The position numbers and the translations under genes are program-made. The notes beneath the pieces were generated by a model. It did no database searches. It was not told where the DNA came from and saw only the letters and a list, made by a program, of their open reading frames with translations. From assembly GCA_030390025.1 (NCBI GenBank), contig CM059432.1, positions 111,850,001 to 111,914,000 of the forward strand: DNA of 64,000 bases. Direction: 5' to 3'. This stretch comes from Squalus acanthias (taxonomy: Eukaryota). Position 1 is the stretch's first letter; every line of letters starts with the position of its first letter. This document shows, piece after piece, positions 20,906 through 31,894 of the stretch.

Positions 20906-23522
20906 ACTACCAATTAAAATATCAAGGAACATAAAACAAAATAGTAAAATATTTTATAGGCACATCAATAAAAAGAAGGTAGTGATGGGAATAGGCCATT
21001 AAGGGATAGTCAGGAAAATACCACAGGTAACGATAGGGAGATGGCAGAAATATTAAATAATTATTTTGCTTCAGTATTTACCTAGGGAGATAGAACAGGC
21101 AGACATGACATAGAAACATAGAAACATAGAAAATAGGTACAGGAGTAGACCATTCGGTCCTTCGAGCCTGCACCGCCATTCAATGCGTTCATGGCTGAAC
21201 ATGCTACCTCAGTACCCCATTCCTGCTTTCTCGCCATACCCCTTGATCCCCCTAGTTGTGAGTGTTATATCTAACTCCCTTTTGAATATATTTAGCGAAC
21301 TGGCCTCAACAACCTTCTGTGGAAGAGAATTCCATAGATTCACCACTCTCTGGGTGAAGAAGTTCCTCCTCAGCTCAGTCTTAAATGGCTTCCCCTTAAT
21401 CCTTAGAGTGTGACCCCTGGTTCTAGTTTTCCCTAACATTGGGAACATTCTGCCCGCATCTAATTTGTCTAAACCAGTCAGGATTTTAAATGTCTCTATA
21501 AGATACCCCCTCATTCTTCTGAACTCCAGAGGATACAAGTTCAGTTGACCCAATCTTTCTTGATATGTCAGTCCGGCCATCCCAGGAATCAATCTAGTGA
21601 ACCTTCGCTGCACTCCCTCAATAGCAAGAATGTCCTTCCTTAAGTTAGGAGACCAAAACTGCGCACAATACTCCAGGTGTGGCCTCACCAAGGCCCTGTA
21701 CAACTGCAGCATCACCTCCCTACTCCTGTACTCAAATCCCCTTACTATGAAGGCCATCATTCCGTTTGCTTTCTTGACTGCCTGCTGCACTTGCATTCCC
21801 ACCTTCAGTGACTGATGTACCATGACACCCAGGTCTCGTTGCACCTCCCCTTTCCCTAATCTGCCACCATTCAGGTAATAGTCCGCCTCTCTATTTTTAC
21901 CACCAAAGTGGATAACCTCACATTTATCCACATTGTACTTCATCTGCCATACATTTGCCCATTCACCCAACCTGTCCAAGTCACTCTGTAGCCTCCTAGC
22001 TTCCTCCTCATTGTTCACACTGCCTCCCAATTTAGTGTCATCCGCAAATTTGGAGATCTTACAATTAATCCCTTCGTCCAAATCATTAATATATAATGTA
22101 AACAGCTGGGGTCCCAGCACCGAACCCTGCGGTACCCCGCTGGTCACTGCCTGCCATTCTGAAAAGTACCCATTTACTCCTACTCTTTGTTTCCTGTGTG
22201 CCAACCAGTTCTCAATCCACGTCAACACATTACCCCCAATCCCATGTGCTTTAACTTTGCTCACCAATCTCTTGTGTGGGACCTTGTCGAAGGCCTTCTG
22301 AAAGTCCAAATACACCACATGTACTGGTTCCCCCCTGTCCACCCTATTGGAAACATCCTCAAAAAATTCCAGAAGATTTGTCAAGCATGATTTCCCTTTC
22401 ACAAATCCATGCTGACTTGGACCTATCATGTCGCCACTTTCCAAATGGTCTGTTATGACATCTTTAATAATTGCTTCCATCATTTTACCCACGACCGATG
22501 TCAGGCTGACCGGTCTATATTCCCTGCTTTCTCCCTCCCTCCTTTTTTAAAAAGAGGGGTTACATTGGCCACCCTCCACTCCATCGGAACTGATCCAGAG
22601 TCTAAGGAATGTTGGAAAGTGATCGTCAATGCATCCACTATTTCCAAGGCCGCCTCCTTAAGTACTCTGGGATGCAGACCATCAGGCCCCGGGGATTTTT
22701 CAGCCTTCAGTCCCATCAATTTCCCCAATACCTTTTCCCGACTAATAAGGATTTCCCTCAGCTCCTCCCTCTTACCAGATCCTCTGACCCCTTTTATTTC
22801 CGGCAGGTTGTGTGTGTCCTCCACAGTAAACACCGAACCAAAGTACTTGTTCAATTGATCGTCCATTTCCTTGTTCCCCATTACGACTTCCCCTGTTTCC
22901 GACTGCAGGGGACCTACGTTTGTTTTTACTAACCTCTTTCTTTTTACATATTTATAGAAGCTTTTGCAGTCCATTTTAATGTTCTCTGCAAGCTTCCTTT
23001 CATATTTTATTTTCCCTGCCCTAATCAAACTCTTCGTCCTCCTCTGCTGAGTTTTGAAGTTGTCCCAGTCCCCGGGTTTGCTGCTACTTCTGGCCAATTT
23101 GTATGCAACTTCCTTGGTTTTAATACTATCCCTGATTTCCCTTGTTAGCCATGGTTGAGCCACCTTCCCTTTTTTATTTTTACGCCAGACCGGGATGTAC
23201 AATTGTTGTAGTTCATCCATGCGATCTCTAAATGTCTGCCATTGCCCTTCCACTGATAGCCCCTTAAATATCGCTTGCCAATTTAACCTCGCCAATTCAC
23301 GCCTCATACCCTCAAAGTTGCCCTTATTTAAGTTCTGGACCATGGTCTCTGACTTAACTGTTTCCTTCTCCATCCTAATGTAGAACTCCACCATACTATG
23401 GTCACTCTTCCCCAGGGGGCCTCGTACCACAAGATTGCTGATTAGTCCTTCCTCATTACACAACACCCAGTCCAGGATGGCCTCCCCTCGAGTTGGTTCC
23501 TCAACATATTGGTTTAGGAAAC

Positions 23523-26500
23523 TGTGGTAACACTTTTCAGCTTCCTGTATGACATCACTTCCTGTAATCAGTCCAGGATAAATACTGGACTGATCAGTTA
23601 GCTCTGGAAGAGGCATAGGGTAAGACCTCTTTTGTATGCAGCACCGTTTTAAGTTGATTAAAGCTTACATTAAGTTTACCACGCGTAAGGCTCATTCTTA
23701 CGACAATTTAATCAACTTTGGAAAAACTTCGCACTCAAACTTTTTGGACGAACTCGGAGCTAAGGATCCAGGGAATCACCCATCATGGAAAACATCCTTA
23801 AACCATCGCGTCTTGACTTGGACCCAAACACCCCAGCAGCCGGTAAGGTGTGGAAACACTGGTATCGCACGTTTGAGAATTTTCTTGAGTATTGCAAAGC
23901 TGATGATAACTCAAAGTTGTGGATACTCATCAACTGTGTCACCCCGAATGTATTTCAGTATGTGGAAGACTGGGACAGTTATGAGGAGGCAATTCAGACG
24001 CTTAAGAGACTATATACTAAGACACCGAATGAGGTCTATGCTAGACATCTACTAGCTACAGCCCAACAAGGGCCGGAGGAATCCATTGATAAATTCCTCC
24101 AAGAGCTTCGCAGACTTAGTATGGACTGTAACTTTCGGGCAGCCTCAGCTGAGCTATACCGCGAAGAAATGATCCGTGATGCGTTCATCTGCGGGCTTGC
24201 CTCCCCATTTATACGCCAGCGTCTACTGGAAAGTAAGACACTTGAGCTGCAGAGAGCTTATGACCTGGCTTGCTCTCTAGATCTGGCAAAAAGAAATGCA
24301 GACCTTTTTACAGTGCCCAGACCTCGGTCTGCTGCCTTAACTACAGTCAGGCAATTTAAGAGGCCACAGGTGAACTCTATTAGGGAGGACTTTATCCCTG
24401 ACGATCGATCTGATGACTTCACTGATGAAGAGGATGATGACCCCACTGTGGCAGCCTCTTGGCAATCTAAGAAATGCTTTTTCTGTGGTGATGAGTTTCA
24501 CCCTCGGAGATTCTGCCCTGCTCGCAATGCGTTTTGCAGTCATTGCAACAAAAAGGGTCATTTTGTAAAGGTTTGCCTATCAAGAGCCTCTACGAGGGCT
24601 TATCAAGCTAAGTCCTACCGAACTGCCCCAGTAAGGGCCTATCAGGATGTTCCAACTAAAAACTATCGTGCTTCCTCTCGGGTTTTTTCTCGAAGAAACA
24701 CACCTAGAATTTCAGCCACTCTTTGTGCAACGACACCAATTACAGCTGCTTGTCCTCAGAATCTATTCCATGCAGCTACAAAAGCATCAATTAATGGACA
24801 TACTTTAGATGCCTTAATTGACTCAGGTAGCACTGATAGTTTCATTAGGGAACAGACTGTTGCACAGTTAAAGCTACATGTTTTTCCATCGGACCAGGCA
24901 GTTGCGATGGCTCAGTCATCACTTAATACCAGAATTTCTGGCTTCTGTGTAGTTGAAATAATGCTTAAAGGTCACAGGTATCCCTCCACCCGGCTTTCGG
25001 TGCTCAAGGACTTATGTAGTGATCTTATCTTAGGGCTGGATTTTCAAAAGCAGCATAAGAAGCTTACCATTGAGTTCGGCGGATCCAAACCTGAACTCAC
25101 TATTTCTAATATACGACCTCGATTACCGTTCTGTGCCTTGTCAGCAGCTTCACTGGATGAACCCTCACTGTTTGCCAGTATCCCTCCTCGATGCAAACCG
25201 ATTATAACAAAGTCACGCCGTTTCAGTCAGGAAGACCAGTCTTTTATTGCGGCTGAGATTTCTCGGCTTTTAGCAGAGGATATCATCGAGCCTTGTTCGT
25301 CGCCATGGCGCGCCCAGGTCGTTATTGTTAAGAACCCTCTACAACCTCACAAGAAACGGCTGTGCATTGACTATTCACAGACCATCAATCAGTATACGGA
25401 CTTGGACGCATACCCATTGCCGCGCATCGATGATATGGTTAATAAATTGGCTGAGTACACGGTGTTCTCGACTTATGATCTGAAAAGCGCCTATCATCAG
25501 GTACCCTTGAAGGTCTCAGACAAGCAGTATACAGCCTTTGAAGCCAATGGGCGGCTGTATCAATTTCGTCGCCTCCCCTTTGGGGTCACTAATGGAGTGG
25601 CTGTCTTCCAGCGAGCAATGGATGACCTGGTCAAACAGGAAGACTTGAAGGATACGTTTCCTTATCTGGACAATATTACTGTCGCAGGTCGCAATCAGCA
25701 GGAACATGACGCCAATCTCCAACGATTTTGGGATGCACTCCAGCACCGTAATTTGACATTGAATGCGGCTAAATCCATTGAGTCACAACCAACTATCAAC
25801 ATCCTTGGCTATTGTGTGGGCAATGGCATCATTAAACCTGACCCTGAAAGGCTTCGCCCACTCCAAGAACTCCCGCCACCTAAGAATCCGGCCTCCTTGC
25901 GCCGGGCCCTCGGCCTGTTTGCATACTATGCGAAATGGATTCCTAACTTCTCGGACCGAATCCAACCTCTACTGAAGGCCAGCACATTCCCACTAGACAC
26001 AACGGCTGTTGCAGCCTTTAACCTCCTGAAAAAGCAGTTGGAGAAAGCGGCTCTTCACTCCATCGATGAGAGTCTTCCTTTCGTGGTTGAGTGTGATGCC
26101 TCGGAGGTGGCAATCTCAGCCACTCTGAATCAGGAAGGTCGTCCGGTGGCATTTTTGTCCAGGACTTTTCAAGGGGCTGAGCTACATTATCCTCCAGTCG
26201 AGAAAGAAGCTACAGCCATCATAGAGGCAGTACGGAAGTGGAGTCATCTCCTGGCTCGCCAGCACTTTACCTTAATCACGGACCAGCGATCGGTCGCCTT
26301 CATGCTCGATAATCGAAAACGGACCAAAATTAAAAATAATAAAATCCAGCTTTGGCGGCTGGAATTGGCCTCTTTTGGTTACACCATCCACTATCGACCT
26401 GGCAAGGAGAATGTGGCTCCGGACACCCTCACACGAGCATTCTGCTCCGCCATGGCACCCTCTACGCTCGTAGACATCCATGATGGGTTGTGTCATCCAG

Positions 26501-27942
26501 GCGTTACTCGCATGCTGCACTTCGTGCGGTCCCGAAATCTCCCATTCTCTACCGGGGATGTAAAGAAGATGTGCTCGGACTGCAGAGTCTGTGCGGAATT
26601 GAAACCTCGGTTTTTCCGCCCCTCGGGTGGTATACTCATACATGCGACCCAGCCAATGCAAAGGCTTAGCATCGATTTTAAGGGGCCGTTGCCCTCTTCG
26701 ACTCGCAACACTTATCTATTAACAATGGTTGATGAGTATTCTCGTTTTCCGTTTGCCTTTCCCTGCCCCAATATGCTGACAACCACGGTTATCAGCTGCC
26801 TTGAACAGGTATTTGCTTTCTGTGGCATGGCATCCTATGTTCATTCAGATCGGGGCCCTTCTTTTATGTCGGGAGAACTCAAGGCCTATCTCTCGGAACG
26901 GGGTATTGCTGCCAGCAAAACGACGCCTTATCATCCGGTTGGGAATGGGCAAGTCGAGCGTTTTAACGCTATCATCTGGAATGCGGTACGTCTGGCTTTG
27001 AGATCTCGGGGCCTACCCAACCAGCATTGGGAAGCAGTACTTCCAGACGCATTACACTCCACACGGTCCCTCCTTTCGACCGCCACAAATACGACGCCTC
27101 ATGAACGGTTCTTCCGATTTCAGCGTCGCTCATCCTATGGGACATCTCTCCCGTCGTGGCTGACTGCACCGGGACCAGTGCTACTCCGAAGATATGTCCG
27201 GGCGTCTAAGAATGACCCCCTGGTAGATGAGGTTGAGCTCACTGACGTCAACCCTACCTACGCCTATATTCGGTATCCTGACGGTCGGGAATCTACCGTG
27301 TCATTGCGGGATCTGGCTCCCTGCCCGCCGAAACATAGAGGGACACCAGGGGATGATATTGTACCAGGCACATCTCTGGGCTTGCCAGGTGCCTCTCATC
27401 ATGATCGGGATCTGACGCCGGCTGGTACCTCACTCCAGCGTGCCGACCTGGGGCAGACTGACTATGAGCCCGTCGGGGCTCGCACGCGCAGCCACGATCA
27501 ACCCTGTACCGTACGCTCAGAAACGGATCTGCCACAGCCCTGCCCGACACCCATTCGGGTACCAGTACACAGTCAGGATCGTTCTGACCCCTCACAGAGC
27601 GGGCTGGAGCACTCGGACTCTGGTCCATGGCCCGCAGCGGGTAAACGGGCTAGGGGCCCTCTACCGCTACGAGAACCCAAACGGGTGCGGCTCTCCCTCA
27701 TCCAACGGCTACGAAATGGAGGGAGCATTCCGGCCTCCTAATCTTTTGGGGGGGGAGAATGTGGTAACACTTTTCAGCTTCCTGTATGACATCACTTCCT
27801 GTAATCAGTCCAGGATAAATACTGGACTGATCAGTTAGCTCTGGAAGAGGCATAGGGTAAGACCTCTTTTGTATGCAGCACCGTTTTAAGTTGATTAAAG
27901 CTTACATTAAGTTTACCACGCGTAAGGCTCATTCTTACGACA
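23523..27942 (+). mobile_element. Intact Gypsy LTR retrotransposon (4420 bp) with identical 183-bp LTRs
   Basis: LTRs 23523-23705 and 27760-27942 (TG...CA, no differences seen); 5-bp TSD GAAAC; PPT GGGGGGGGAGAA 27748-27759; no TGG-type PBS. Confidence 0.97.
23785..27741 (+). CDS. Gag-Pol polyprotein (Gag with two CCHC knuckles, protease, RT, RNase H, integrase), 1318 aa
   Basis: Two CX2CX4HX4C motifs; LIDSGS; LPFG...YLDN; ECDAS...EKE...TDQ; H..LCHPG..C..C; IDFKGP, SDRG, GQVERFN. Confidence 0.96.
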   Translation: MENILKPSRLDLDPNTPAAGKVWKHWYRTFENFLEYCKADDNSKLWILINCVTPNVFQYVEDWDSYEEAIQTLKRLYTKTPNEVYARHLLATAQQGPEESIDKFLQELRRLSMDCNFRAASAELYREEMIRDAFICGLASPFIRQRLLESKTLELQRAYDLACSLDLAKRNADLFTVPRPRSAALTTVRQFKRPQVNSIREDFIPDDRSDDFTDEEDDDPTVAASWQSKKCFFCGDEFHPRRFCPARNAFCSHCNKKGHFVKVCLSRASTRAYQAKSYRTAPVRAYQDVPTKNYRASSRVFSRRNTPRISATLCATTPITAACPQNLFHAATKASINGHTLDALIDSGSTDSFIREQTVAQLKLHVFPSDQAVAMAQSSLNTRISGFCVVEIMLKGHRYPSTRLSVLKDLCSDLILGLDFQKQHKKLTIEFGGSKPELTISNIRPRLPFCALSAASLDEPSLFASIPPRCKPIITKSRRFSQEDQSFIAAEISRLLAEDIIEPCSSPWRAQVVIVKNPLQPHKKRLCIDYSQTINQYTDLDAYPLPRIDDMVNKLAEYTVFSTYDLKSAYHQVPLKVSDKQYTAFEANGRLYQFRRLPFGVTNGVAVFQRAMDDLVKQEDLKDTFPYLDNITVAGRNQQEHDANLQRFWDALQHRNLTLNAAKSIESQPTINILGYCVGNGIIKPDPERLRPLQELPPPKNPASLRRALGLFAYYAKWIPNFSDRIQPLLKASTFPLDTTAVAAFNLLKKQLEKAALHSIDESLPFVVECDASEVAISATLNQEGRPVAFLSRTFQGAELHYPPVEKEATAIIEAVRKWSHLLARQHFTLITDQRSVAFMLDNRKRTKIKNNKIQLWRLELASFGYTIHYRPGKENVAPDTLTRAFCSAMAPSTLVDIHDGLCHPGVTRMLHFVRSRNLPFSTGDVKKMCSDCRVCAELKPRFFRPSGGILIHATQPMQRLSIDFKGPLPSSTRNTYLLTMVDEYSRFPFAFPCPNMLTTTVISCLEQVFAFCGMASYVHSDRGPSFMSGELKAYLSERGIAASKTTPYHPVGNGQVERFNAIIWNAVRLALRSRGLPNQHWEAVLPDALHSTRSLLSTATNTTPHERFFRFQRRSSYGTSLPSWLTAPGPVLLRRYVRASKNDPLVDEVELTDVNPTYAYIRYPDGRESTVSLRDLAPCPPKHRGTPGDDIVPGTSLGLPGASHHDRDLTPAGTSLQRADLGQTDYEPVGARTRSHDQPCTVRSETDLPQPCPTPIRVPVHSQDRSDPSQSGLEHSDSGPWPAAGKRARGPLPLREPKRVRLSLIQRLRNGGSIPAS

Positions 27943-29382
27943 GAAACCATCCCTTAAACACTCCAGGAAATCCTCCTCCACCGTATTGCTTCCAGTTTGA
28001 GTAGCCCAATCTATATGCATATTAAAGTCACCCATGATAACTGCCGTGCCTTTTTTGCACGCACCTCTGATTTCCTGTTTCATACCCTCCCCCACCTCAC
28101 TACTGCTGTTTGGAGGTCTGTACACAACTCCCACTAACGTTTTCTGCCCTTTGGTGTTCTGCAGCTCAACCCATATTGATTCCACATCCTCCAAGCTGAT
28201 GTCCTTCCTAGCTATTGCATTAATCTCCTCTTTAACCAGCAATGCTACCCCACCCCCTTTTCCTTTTGTTCTATCCTTTCTGAATGTTGAATACCCCTGG
28301 ATGTTCAGTTCCCAGCCTTGATTGTTCTGGAGCCACGTCTCTGTAATCCCAATCACATCGTATCCGTTAACATCTATTTGCACAGTCAATTCATGCACCT
28401 TATTACGGATACTCCTTGCATTAAGACACAGAGCCTTTAGGCTTGTTTTATTAACATCCTTTGTCCTTTTAGACTTATGATTTAGTATGGCCCTTTGTGT
28501 TTCTTGCCTTTGTTTACTCGGCCTTCCCCTATTGTTTCTCACCCTACTAACATTTGTTTCTGACTGCATATTACTTCCCCCTGTTTCGCTACATAGGTTC
28601 CCATTCCCCTGCCATATTAGTTTAAATCCTCCCGAACTGCTTTATCAAATATTACCCCGAGGACATCGGTTCCAGTCCTGCCCAAGTGCAGACCGTCCCT
28701 TTTGTACAGGTCCCACTTCCCCCAGAACTGGTTCCAATGCCTCAGGAAATTGAATCCCTCCCTCCTGCACCACTGCTCAAGCCACGTATTCAATCTCACT
28801 ATCCTGTTCTCTCTATTCTGATTAGCACGTGGCCCTGGTAGCAATCCAGAGATTACTACCTTAGAGGTCCTACTTTTTAATTTAGCTCCTAGCTCCCTAA
28901 ATTCTGCTTGTAGGACCTCTTCCCGCTTTTTACCTATATCGTTGGTACCTACATGCACCACGACAGCTGGCTGTTCACCCTCCCTCTTCAGAATGTTCTG
29001 CAGCCGCTCCGAGACATCCTTGACCCTTGCACCAGGGAGGTAACATGATGAGATTAGTAATGAGATAAGTGCATTTAAAATAAAAAAGGGGATATATTAA
29101 ATAAAGTAATCAAACTCAAAGAGGATAAGACCCCTGGTCCAGATGGATTGCATCCATGCATTTTAATAGAATCTAGGGAAGAGACCACAGAGGCATATTT
29201 AATAATTCATTAGAAAAAGGTATAGTGCCAGAGGACTGGCGGATAGCTAACGTAATACCGATATTTAAGAAGGGGGCTAGAACATTTCCAGGGAATTATA
29301 GACCAGTCATCTTAACATCAGTGGTAGGAAAAATAATGGAATGCCTACTAAAGGAGAAAATAGAAGAACATCTAGAAACCAA

Positions 29383-30276
29383 GGGGGAGAAATTCGTATC
29401 GCCCCGTTTGGGGCACAATTATCGGTCGGGCGCAAAGTTTAGCGCCTGGTGCAAATTATCACCTCTGACTGCTGCTTGACTTCTATCGCTCCTGGAGGTG
29501 ATTGGAGCGCTTAATCAGGCGCTACACACCTCTCTTAAGGCGCTAACGCCGAGGAGCGAGGCACTACCTCAGAGCGCTGGCGAAGCTCATGTGATGTCAG
29601 TCAGCAATGGAACACACACACACTGGCAGTCAGCCAGTTCTTAAAGGGGAGGGTCGATCTTGCTCTCCATCCACACCCCGCTCATTGCAGCCTTGAATCT
29701 CGGCCTGGAGAGACCTGTACATCAAATCTGCTGGAAAGAACAATGGAGAGGCCCAGGGAAAGAGCTGAGAGTGCAGCCCCTATGCTCTCTTCTAAATCGA
29801 TGCAAGTAAGGTCAAATCAAAATGAACCTGCAAAGTGCTGCTCAGTACCCAAAACTCCTTCACACAGCGTTGAATCTCTCCAGAAGTCTCTCTCTCTCTC
29901 TCTCTCAGAATGCGTGGTGCAAAAATGTCGCTGACAAAAAAAGTCAGGAAGCGGCCGCCTTTAAATAGCGCTCCCCCAGTCCCTTCCTGACTGCAAAACG
30001 CTCCCCTCAACCTGTCGTTGCTAGCGGCAGGCGGTAAGACGGGGGCGCTACTCAATATCCGGTCCGTGGCGCTACTGGGACGTTGCACGCTCGACTGACG
30101 TCACGATCTGTGGGCGCAGGAGATTGTGGCGGTAGTGTTTAGCGCTGCTGCAAAATGTCTGGTCAATTTCGCAAGCGGCGCAAACATCGCCGTGCCCAGG
30201 CACTAGTTGCTTTGCACCCCATTAGCGCCCTCTTAGGGCGCTAACGGGAGGCGCAAAGCAACTGAATTTTTCCCCC
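29383..30276 (-). mobile_element. Harbinger-B-related MITE (894 bp)
   Basis: Ends GGGGGAGAAATT / AATTTTTCCCCC; TSD CAA; homologous to both ends of 5589-9762. Confidence 0.93.
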
Positions 30277-31894
30277 CAAAAATATAATAATGAATAGTCA
30301 ACATGGATTTCAAAAGGGAGTCTTGCTTCACCAACCTTATTGAATTTTTTGAAGAGGTAACTGAGAGAGTAGACAATGGTAATGCAGTAGATGTAATTTA
30401 TCTAGATTTTCAAAAGTCCTTCGATAAGGTACCCCATAATAAACTGATGAAAAATTCAGAGAATGCGGAGTCGGGGGACAAGTAACAGAATGGATTGCTG
30501 GCTGGCTTCAGGACAAAAAGCAGAGAGTGGGAGTAAAGGGTAGCTATTCACAGTGGCAGAAGGTGAGTAGTGATGTTCCACAAGGATCAGTGCTGGGCCC
30601 ACTGCTGTTCACAATTTATATTAACAATTTAGACTTTGGAATCAAAAACACAATTTCTAAATTTGCGGATGACACCAAATTGGGGGGGATAGTCAATACT
30701 GAAGAGGACTGTACAAAATTACAGGAAGACATTAATAAACTTGCAGAATAGGCATATAATTGGCAAATGAAGTTCAACATAGATAAATGTGAGGTATTAC
30801 ATTTTGGTAGGAAGAATAGGAAGGTCACTTATCACTTGGAGGGTGAAAGTCTAGGTGGGGTAGAGGAACAAAGGGATCTAGGAGTAAAATTACACAAATC
30901 ACTAAAAGTTGTGACACCGGTTAGCAAGGCCATAAAAAATGCAAACCAAGCACTAAGGTTTATTTCTAGAGGGATAGAATTGAAAAGTAGGAAGTTATGC
31001 TAAACCTGTATTGAACCTTGGTTAGACCATACTTGGAGTATTGTGTACAGTTCTGGTCGCCATATTATAAAAAGGATGCACTGGAGAGGGTGCAGAGAAG
31101 ATTTACAAGGATGATACCAGAAATGCAAGGGTATACATATCAGGAAAGGATGAACAGGCTGGGTCTCTTTTCTCTTGAACAAAGAAGGCTGAGGGGTGAC
31201 CTAATAGAGGCCTTTAAAATTATGAAAAATTTTGATAGAGTGGATACAGAGAGAATGTTTCCACTTGTGGGGAAGAGCATAACTAGAGGCCGTCAATATA
31301 AGATAATCACCAAGAAATCCAATAGGAAATTCAGAAGAAACTTCTTTACCCAGAGAGTGGTGAGAATGTAGAACTCGCTACCACAGGGTGAAAGTGAATA
31401 GTACAGATGCATTTAAGGGGAGGCTAGATGAGCATATGAGGGAGAAGGGAATAGAGGGTTATGCTGATAGATTTAGATGAGGAAAGACGGGAGGAGGCTC
31501 GAGTGGAGCATAAATGCCAGCATGGACTGGTTGGGCCGAATGGTCTGTTTCTGTGCCGTATATCCTGTGTAATCCTATGTAATGTAATGTAATCCACTCC
31601 CTCTACCTTGTCAGCGATACCCATATCCCGAGAATGAATAATTAAAAAAAGCTATTATATTGTTGCACTGTTGCATTATTTTGGAATAATTTACCTCTAC
31701 CTTATAAAACTATCAGAAAACAACTATTCCTTTAAGTGTCATGTTTACATAAAGGTCTGCATGCACATAACTCAGTATATCTCAGTTTGAAATTGTAAGT
31801 TAGGCTTTTAGACATGACGGAAAATCCAGATTGCCTTTCTTCCTTACTATTTTGCACTATCTTCTATTTTGAGAAATAACTACATTTATTTATT

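Larger units (their letters stand above)
21109..29042 (-). mobile_element. CR1 LINE with ORF1 3' part (SGNH esterase) and ORF2, interrupted by the Gypsy at 23523-27942
   Basis: (CATAGAAA)n tail; TSD ACATGA (21103-21108, 29043-29048). ORF1 motif HVGTNDIG; APE endonuclease 27943-28569 continues at 23522; RT 21209-22492; one frameshift near 22500. Confidence 0.95.
20910..31593 (+). mobile_element. Older CR1 LINE, split by the CR1 at 21109-29042 and the MITE at 29383-30276
   Basis: Pieces 20910-21108, 29049-29382 and 30280-31593 are collinear ORF2 (NNYFASVFT; PGPDG; HLETK|NIIMNSQHG; QGSVLGP; FADD), with a tandem tail near 31560-31593. Confidence 0.88.
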
